64,000 nt of DNA from NCBI RefSeq assembly GCF_056746865.1, contig NZ_CM163382.1; one strand, written 5' to 3'. Under the pieces are notes generated by a model. It saw only the letters and a program-made list of their open reading frames with translations. It was not told the origin of the DNA and made no database searches. Numbering within the stretch: position 1 is the first letter of the stretch; every line of letters starts with the position of its first letter. Made by a program: the position numbers and the translations under genes. Positions 58,444 to 64,000 of the stretch are shown here, in pieces.

Positions 58444-59985
58444 ATGCCTTATCTACTTGAAATGAAGAACATTACCAAAACCTTCGGCAGTGTGAAGGCG
58501 ATTGATAACGTCAGCTTGCGGTTGAATGCTGGCGAAATCGTCTCACTCTGTGGGGAAAATGGGTCTGGTAAATCAACGCTGATGAAAGTGCTGTGTGGTA
58601 TTTACCCCCATGGCTCCTACGAAGGCGAAATTATTTTTGCGGGAGAAGAGATTCAGGCGAGTCACATCCGCGATACCGAACGCAAAGGTATCGCCATCAT
58701 TCACCAGGAATTGGCCCTGGTGAAAGAATTGACCGTGCTGGAAAATATCTTCCTGGGTAACGAAATAACCCACAATGGCATTATGGATTATGACCTGATG
58801 ACGCTACGCTGTCAGAAGCTGCTCGCACAGGTCAGTTTATCCATTTCACCTGATACCCGCGTTGGCGATTTAGGGCTTGGGCAACAACAACTGGTTGAAA
58901 TTGCCAAGGCACTTAATAAACAGGTGCGTTTGTTAATTCTCGATGAACCGACAGCCTCATTAACTGAGCAGGAAACGTCGATTTTACTGGATATTATTCG
59001 CGATCTGCAACAGCACGGTATCGCCTGTATTTATATTTCGCACAAACTCAACGAAGTCAAAGCGATTTCCGATACGATTTGCGTTATTCGCGACGGTCAG
59101 CACATTGGTACGCGTGATGCTGCCGGAATGAGTGAAGACGATATTATCACCATGATGGTCGGGCGAGAGTTAACCGCGCTTTACCCTAATGAACCACATA
59201 CCACCGGAGATGAAATATTACGTATTGAACATCTGACGGCATGGCATCCGGTTAATCGTCATATTAAACGAGTTAATGATGTCTCGTTTTCCCTGAAACG
59301 TGGCGAAATATTAGGTATTGCCGGACTCGTTGGTGCCGGACGTACAGAGACCATTCAGTGCCTGTTTGGCGTGTGGCCCGGACAATGGGAAGGAAAAATT
59401 TATATTGATGGCAAACAGGTAGATATTCGTAATTGTCAGCAAGCCATCGCCCAGGGGATTGCGATGGTCCCCGAAGACAGAAAGCGCGACGGTATCGTTC
59501 CGGTAATGGCGGTTGGTAAAAATATTACCCTCGCCGCACTCAATAAATTTACCGGCGGTATTAGCCAGCTTGATGACGCGGCAGAGCAAAAATGTATTCT
59601 GGAATCAATCCAGCAACTCAAAGTTAAAACGTCGTCCCCCGACCTTGCTATTGGACGTTTGAGCGGCGGTAATCAGCAAAAAGCGATCCTCGCTCGCTGC
59701 CTGTTACTCAACCCGCGCATTCTCATTCTTGATGAGCCTACCAGGGGTATCGATATTGGCGCGAAATACGAGATCTACAAATTAATTAACCAACTCGTCC
59801 AGCAGGGTATTGCCGTTATTGTCATCTCTTCCGAATTACCTGAAGTGCTCGGCCTTAGCGATCGTGTACTGGTGATGCATGAAGGGAAACTAAAAGCCAA
59901 CCTGATAAATCATAACCTGACTCAGGAGCAGGTGATGGAAGCCGCATTGAGGAGCGAACATCATGTCGAAAAGCAATCCGTCTGA
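58444..59985 (+). CDS. xylG: D-xylose ABC transporter ATP-binding protein XylG
   Basis: 513-aa ORF with duplicated ABC domains ([17 protein letters not shown]). Confidence 0.95.
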   Translation: MPYLLEMKNITKTFGSVKAIDNVSLRLNAGEIVSLCGENGSGKSTLMKVLCGIYPHGSYEGEIIFAGEEIQASHIRDTERKGIAIIHQELALVKELTVLENIFLGNEITHNGIMDYDLMTLRCQKLLAQVSLSISPDTRVGDLGLGQQQLVEIAKALNKQVRLLILDEPTASLTEQETSILLDIIRDLQQHGIACIYISHKLNEVKAISDTICVIRDGQHIGTRDAAGMSEDDIITMMVGRELTALYPNEPHTTGDEILRIEHLTAWHPVNRHIKRVNDVSFSLKRGEILGIAGLVGAGRTETIQCLFGVWPGQWEGKIYIDGKQVDIRNCQQAIAQGIAMVPEDRKRDGIVPVMAVGKNITLAALNKFTGGISQLDDAAEQKCILESIQQLKVKTSSPDLAIGRLSGGNQQKAILARCLLLNPRILILDEPTRGIDIGAKYEIYKLINQLVQQGIAVIVISSELPEVLGLSDRVLVMHEGKLKANLINHNLTQEQVMEAALRSEHHVEKQSV

Positions 59986-61144
59986 AGTGAAATTGGCCGT
60001 ACCGACATCCGGTGGCTTTTCCGGGTTGAAGTCACTGAATTTGCAGGTCTTCGTGATGATTGCAGCTATCATCGCAATCATGCTGTTCTTTACCTGGACC
60101 ACCGATGGTGCCTACTTAAGCGCTCGTAACGTCTCCAACCTGTTACGCCAGACCGCGATTACCGGCATCCTCGCGGTAGGAATGGTGTTCGTCATAATTT
60201 CTGCTGAAATCGACCTTTCCGTCGGCTCAATGATGGGGCTATTAGGTGGCGTCGCGGCGATTTGTGACGTCTGGCTAGGCTGGCCTTTGCCACTTACCAT
60301 CATTGTGACGTTGGTTCTGGGACTGCTTCTCGGTGCCTGGAACGGATGGTGGGTCGCGTACCGCAAAGTCCCTTCATTTATTGTCACCCTCGCGGGCATG
60401 TTGGCATTTCGCGGCATACTCATTGGCATCACCAACGGCACGACTGTTTCCCCCACCAGCGCCGCGATGTCACAAATCGGGCAAAGCTATCTACCCGCCA
60501 GCACCGGCTTCATCATTGGCGCGCTTGGCTTAATGGCTTTTGTTGGCTGGCAATGGCGCGGAAGAATGCGCCGTCAGGCTTTGGGTTTGCAGTCTCCGAC
60601 CTCTACCGCAGTTGTCGGTCGCCAGGCATTAACGGCGATTATCGTCTTAGGCGCAATCTGGCTGTTGAACGATTACCGTGGCGTTCCCACTCCTGTTCTG
60701 CTGCTGACGTTGCTGTTACTCGGCGGAATGTTTATGGCAACGCGGACGGCATTTGGACGACGCATTTATGCCATCGGCGGCAATCTGGAAGCAGCACGTC
60801 TCTCCGGGATTAACGTTGAACGCACCAAACTTGCCGTATTCGCTATTAACGGATTAATGGTCGCTATCGCCGGATTAATCCTCAGTTCTCGACTTGGCGC
60901 TGGTTCACCTTCTGCGGGAAATATCGCCGAACTGGACGCAATTGCCGCATGTGTGATTGGCGGCACCAGTCTGGCAGGCGGCGTCGGGAGCGTGGCCGGA
61001 GCGGTAATGGGGGCATTCATCATGGCTTCACTGGATAACGGCATGAGCATGATGGATGTACCGACCTTCTGGCAGTATATCGTTAAAGGTGCGATTCTGT
61101 TGCTGGCAGTATGGATGGACTCCGCAACCAAACGCCGTTCTTGA
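59963..61144 (+). CDS. xylH: D-xylose ABC transporter permease XylH
   Basis: 393-aa polytopic membrane [39 protein letters not shown].... 23-nt overlap with xylG. Confidence 0.95.
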   Translation: MSKSNPSEVKLAVPTSGGFSGLKSLNLQVFVMIAAIIAIMLFFTWTTDGAYLSARNVSNLLRQTAITGILAVGMVFVIISAEIDLSVGSMMGLLGGVAAICDVWLGWPLPLTIIVTLVLGLLLGAWNGWWVAYRKVPSFIVTLAGMLAFRGILIGITNGTTVSPTSAAMSQIGQSYLPASTGFIIGALGLMAFVGWQWRGRMRRQALGLQSPTSTAVVGRQALTAIIVLGAIWLLNDYRGVPTPVLLLTLLLLGGMFMATRTAFGRRIYAIGGNLEAARLSGINVERTKLAVFAINGLMVAIAGLILSSRLGAGSPSAGNIAELDAIAACVIGGTSLAGGVGSVAGAVMGAFIMASLDNGMSMMDVPTFWQYIVKGAILLLAVWMDSATKRRS

Positions 61145-61221
61145 TTTTGATAAAAATTTTCTCAAAGCCGGTAACGTATTACCGGTTTTGAGTTTTTGCA
61201 TGATTCAGCAGGAAAAGAACC

Positions 61222-62400
61222 ATGTTTACTAAACGTCACCGCATCACATTACTGTTCAATGCCAATAAAGCCTATGACCGGCAGGTAGTAGAAGGCGTAG
61301 GGGAATATTTACAGGCGTCACAATCGGAATGGGATATTTTCATTGAAGAAGATTTCCGCGCCCGCATTGATAAAATCAAGGACTGGTTAGGAGATGGCGT
61401 CATTGCCGACTTCGACGACAAACAGATCGAGCAAGCGCTGGCTGATGTCGACGTCCCCATTGTTGGGGTTGGCGGCTCGTATCACCTTGCCGAAAGTTAC
61501 CCACCCGTTCATTACATTGCCACCGATAACTATGCGCTGGTTGAAAGCGCATTTTTGCATTTAAAAGAGAAAGGCGTTAACCGCTTTGCTTTTTATGGTC
61601 TTCCGGAATCAAGCGGTAAACGTTGGGCCACTGAACGCGAATATGCATTTCGTCAGCTTGTCGCCGAAGAAAAGTATCGCGGAGTGGTTTATCAGGGATT
61701 AGAAACCGCGCCAGAGAACTGGCAACACGCGCAAAATCGGCTGGCAGACTGGCTACAAACGCTCCCACCGCAAACCGGAATTATTGCCGTTACTGACGCC
61801 CGGGCGCGGCATATTCTGCAAGTATGTGAACATCTACATATTCCCGTACCGGAAAAATTATGCGTGATTGGCATCGATAACGAAGAACTGACCCGCTATC
61901 TGTCGCGTGTCGCCCTTTCTTCGGTCGCTCAGGGCGCACGGCAAATGGGCTATCAGGCGGCAAAACTATTGCATCGATTATTAGATAAAGAAGAAATGCC
62001 GCTACAGCGGATTTTGGTCCCGCCAGTTCGCGTCATTGAACGGCGCTCAACAGATTACCGCTCGCTGACCGATCCCGCCGTTATTCAGGCCATGCATTAC
62101 ATTCGTAATCACGCCTGTAAAGGGATTAAAGTGGATCAGGTACTGGATGCGGTCGGGATCTCGCGCTCCAATCTTGAGAAGCGTTTTAAAGAAGAGGTGG
62201 GTGAAACCATCCATGCCATGATTCATGCCGAGAAGCTGGAGAAAGCGCGCAGTCTGCTGATTTCAACCACCTTGTCGATCAATGAGATATCGCAAATGTG
62301 CGGTTATCCATCGCTGCAATATTTCTACTCTGTTTTTAAAAAAGCATATGACACGACGCCAAAAGAGTATCGCGATGTAAATAGCGAGGTCATGTTGTAG
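61222..62400 (+). CDS. xylR: Xylose operon activator XylR (AraC family)
   Basis: 392-aa ORF MFTKRHRITLLFNANKAYDRQVVEGVGEYLQASQSEWDIFIEED... with a C-terminal AraC-type HTH. Confidence 0.95.
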   Translation: MFTKRHRITLLFNANKAYDRQVVEGVGEYLQASQSEWDIFIEEDFRARIDKIKDWLGDGVIADFDDKQIEQALADVDVPIVGVGGSYHLAESYPPVHYIATDNYALVESAFLHLKEKGVNRFAFYGLPESSGKRWATEREYAFRQLVAEEKYRGVVYQGLETAPENWQHAQNRLADWLQTLPPQTGIIAVTDARARHILQVCEHLHIPVPEKLCVIGIDNEELTRYLSRVALSSVAQGARQMGYQAAKLLHRLLDKEEMPLQRILVPPVRVIERRSTDYRSLTDPAVIQAMHYIRNHACKGIKVDQVLDAVGISRSNLEKRFKEEVGETIHAMIHAEKLEKARSLLISTTLSINEISQMCGYPSLQYFYSVFKKAYDTTPKEYRDVNSEVML

Positions 62401-62460
62401 CGATGATGAGAATTGTCGACGTAGCATCAGGGAACTCAGCACAGCCACCTGATGCGAGCA

Positions 62461-62492
62461 AAAGCCTTATCCGACAGACAAATCGGATAAGG
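62461..62492. terminator. Stem-loop between convergent xylR and bax
   Basis: agccttatccga-cagacaaa-tcggataaggct inverted repeat. Confidence 0.5.
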
Positions 62493-62507
62493 CTCGAGGA
62501 AATGCAA

Positions 62508-63332
62508 TTACATATGTGCCGCGATTAACCGTTGGTTATCCTGGTACATTGCGAACAGGTAGTTGTTATAACTCTTCCCTTTGGTCGAGTAGCCCTTCAG
62601 CTTGTGAATCATCGCTGTGGCAGTCACTTCCTGATCTGCTTTACGCAGCTGTGCACGCGATTTACGGAACGAAGAGTAAGCCGGATGCGTATTCAGGTTA
62701 GTAACATAGGCGCTCACCGATTCTTTGACAGAACTAAACTGTGAGTACCCCTTCACTTTACCCGGCGCATTAGTACAACGTCCTTTCATGCATTTCATGC
62801 CGAACAGATTGTTGTTGTTGCGCGCCAGCTTCGACGTTCCCCAACCGCTTTCTGCTGCAGCCATCGTCGCTACCATACTGGTGGGGATAATGTCTACGCG
62901 TTCAAGCAAGGTATTCCACGGGATTTTTCGCGTATTACCAGACCACTTCACCTTGTAGCGTTTGGCGATGTCTTTCAGACGCGCACGCTCAGCAGGTGAC
63001 CATTGGCCCTGATACTGTTTTGAAATGAGCCAGTTACGTTCCGCAGTAATGGCCGCATTTTGGCTGGTAATGTAAGGCATTACAGTCCGGAGAAACGCCT
63101 TTTTCCTTGGTGTTCCGGAAGGGTATTTTCGCAAATCAGGAAGTGAACTACTCTTTGCACTATTGCGAGAATACTCTTGTTTACTGCTTACCTGTTTATT
63201 ACTAGCTTTAGTTAAGTGGGACTTTTGACTCGCTGTTGTTGTGTGCGTCTTCGCTAACACCTCACTCGAAAACACCAGAGTGAGTAACATAAGAATCATC
63301 GCCCCATATCGTCGTATGGGAGTCAAAATCAT
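62508..63332 (-). CDS. bax: Putative glucosaminidase Bax
   Basis: 274-aa ORF MILTPIRRYGAMILMLLTLVFSSEVLAKTHTTTASQKSHLTKASNK.... Confidence 0.9.
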   Translation of the reverse strand: MILTPIRRYGAMILMLLTLVFSSEVLAKTHTTTASQKSHLTKASNKQVSSKQEYSRNSAKSSSLPDLRKYPSGTPRKKAFLRTVMPYITSQNAAITAERNWLISKQYQGQWSPAERARLKDIAKRYKVKWSGNTRKIPWNTLLERVDIIPTSMVATMAAAESGWGTSKLARNNNNLFGMKCMKGRCTNAPGKVKGYSQFSSVKESVSAYVTNLNTHPAYSSFRKSRAQLRKADQEVTATAMIHKLKGYSTKGKSYNNYLFAMYQDNQRLIAAHM

Positions 63333-63651
63333 CAGGTCTCCTGGTCGGATTTAATCATTCCAACACCTTATATTTTTTACAAATTTGAGAGTTGAATCTC
63401 AAATCATATCAAAAATAGCTGTCAAGAGCACCCCAAGGAATAGTCCAAATCTGAAACTATGTCACGAGTTAACGATTCAGATTGGCGCTAAATCGCAGAA
63501 AATGTGGGGTTTATCGCAAAATTCAGCCGTTTTTTGCGCGCGATCGCTCACCCTTGCTTCTCATCCTGTGGACTTACCGCTCAGGGATGAGTTTTGTCTG
63601 GCTTATCGCTGGCAAACTGTCTGAAATCGCAGCAATAAGGACTCATCCGCC
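63333..63651 (+). promoter_or_regulatory. malS promoter region with MalT-box-like GGA(T/G)GA motifs
   Basis: Motifs cagGGATGAg (about 63586-63594) and reverse-orientation ctCATCCtg / ctCATCCgc (about 63560 and 63642) upstream of the malS ATG. malS belongs to the MalT regulon. Confidence 0.45.
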
Positions 63652-64000
63652 ATGAAACTCGCCGCCTGTTTTCTGACACTCCTTCCTGGCTTCGCCGTTG
63701 CCGCCAGCTGGACTTCTCCGGGGTTTCCCGCCTTTAGCGAACAGGGGACGGGAACATTTGTCAGCCACGCGCAGTTGCCCAAAGGTACGCGTCCACTAAC
63801 GCTAAATTTTGACCAACAGTGCTGGCAGCCTGCGGATGCGATAAAACTCAATCAGATGCTTTCCCTGCAACCTTGTAGCAACACGCCGCCTCAATGGCGA
63901 TTGTTCAGGGACGGCGAATATACGCTGCAACTAGACACCCGCTCCGGTACACCAACATTGATGATTTCCATCCAGAACGCCGTCGAACCGGTAGCAAGCC
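63652..64000 (+). CDS. malS: Periplasmic alpha-amylase MalS, 5' part (runs off the window)
   Basis: ATG at 63652 gives MKLAACFLTLLPGFAVAASWTSPGFPAFSEQGTGTFVSHAQLPKGTRPLTLNFDQQCWQPADAIKLNQ... Truncated by the window end, so not in the ORF track. Confidence 0.88.
   Translation, partial: MKLAACFLTLLPGFAVAASWTSPGFPAFSEQGTGTFVSHAQLPKGTRPLTLNFDQQCWQPADAIKLNQMLSLQPCSNTPPQWRLFRDGEYTLQLDTRSGTPTLMISIQNAVEPVAS

Noticed and set aside
63385-63851. Small ORFs in the bax-malS intergenic region and antisense to the malS start
   Set aside because: They overlap the malS promoter and the malS 5' coding region on the opposite strand; malS itself explains the open frame.

Overview
This window is an Escherichia coli chromosomal segment running yhjG - pdeH - kdgK - [2.3-kb insert] - yhjJ - dctA - pdeK - bcsCZBAQR / bcsEFG - ldr/rdl - yhjV - dppFDCBA - IS150 - proK - eptB - yhjX - yhjY - tag - yiaC - bisC - yiaD - ghrB - yiaF - yiaG - cspA - hokA - glyS - glyQ - ysaB - wecH - yiaA - yiaB - xylBA / xylFGHR - bax - malS (5' part). 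Gene identities were read from the supplied translations and start codons were checked by hand in the nucleotide sequence; several first residues in the ORF track are GTG/TTG codons upstream of the real ATG. Comparisons to K-12 are from memory, not from a search. The main candidate for an undescribed system is a visibly AT-rich ~2.3-kb insertion (about 4131-6446) between the convergent core genes kdgK and yhjJ. It carries five tightly packed minus-strand genes (84-194 aa) that I cannot assign to any family by eye, has no plus-strand ORFs, and is flanked by an 8-bp direct repeat CCGTTAAT. My working hypothesis is a horizontally acquired cassette of small secreted/immunity-like or defence-associated proteins, but this is inference only. 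Other departures from the K-12 arrangement: bcsC carries an in-frame TAA and bcsA a 1-nt frameshift while bcsQ is intact; the ldr/rdl toxin module is tandemly duplicated; and an IS150 copy sits inside a REP palindrome next to proK with a TGG target duplication, while the hokA locus has no IS. No CRISPR array, integrase or prophage structure was seen.
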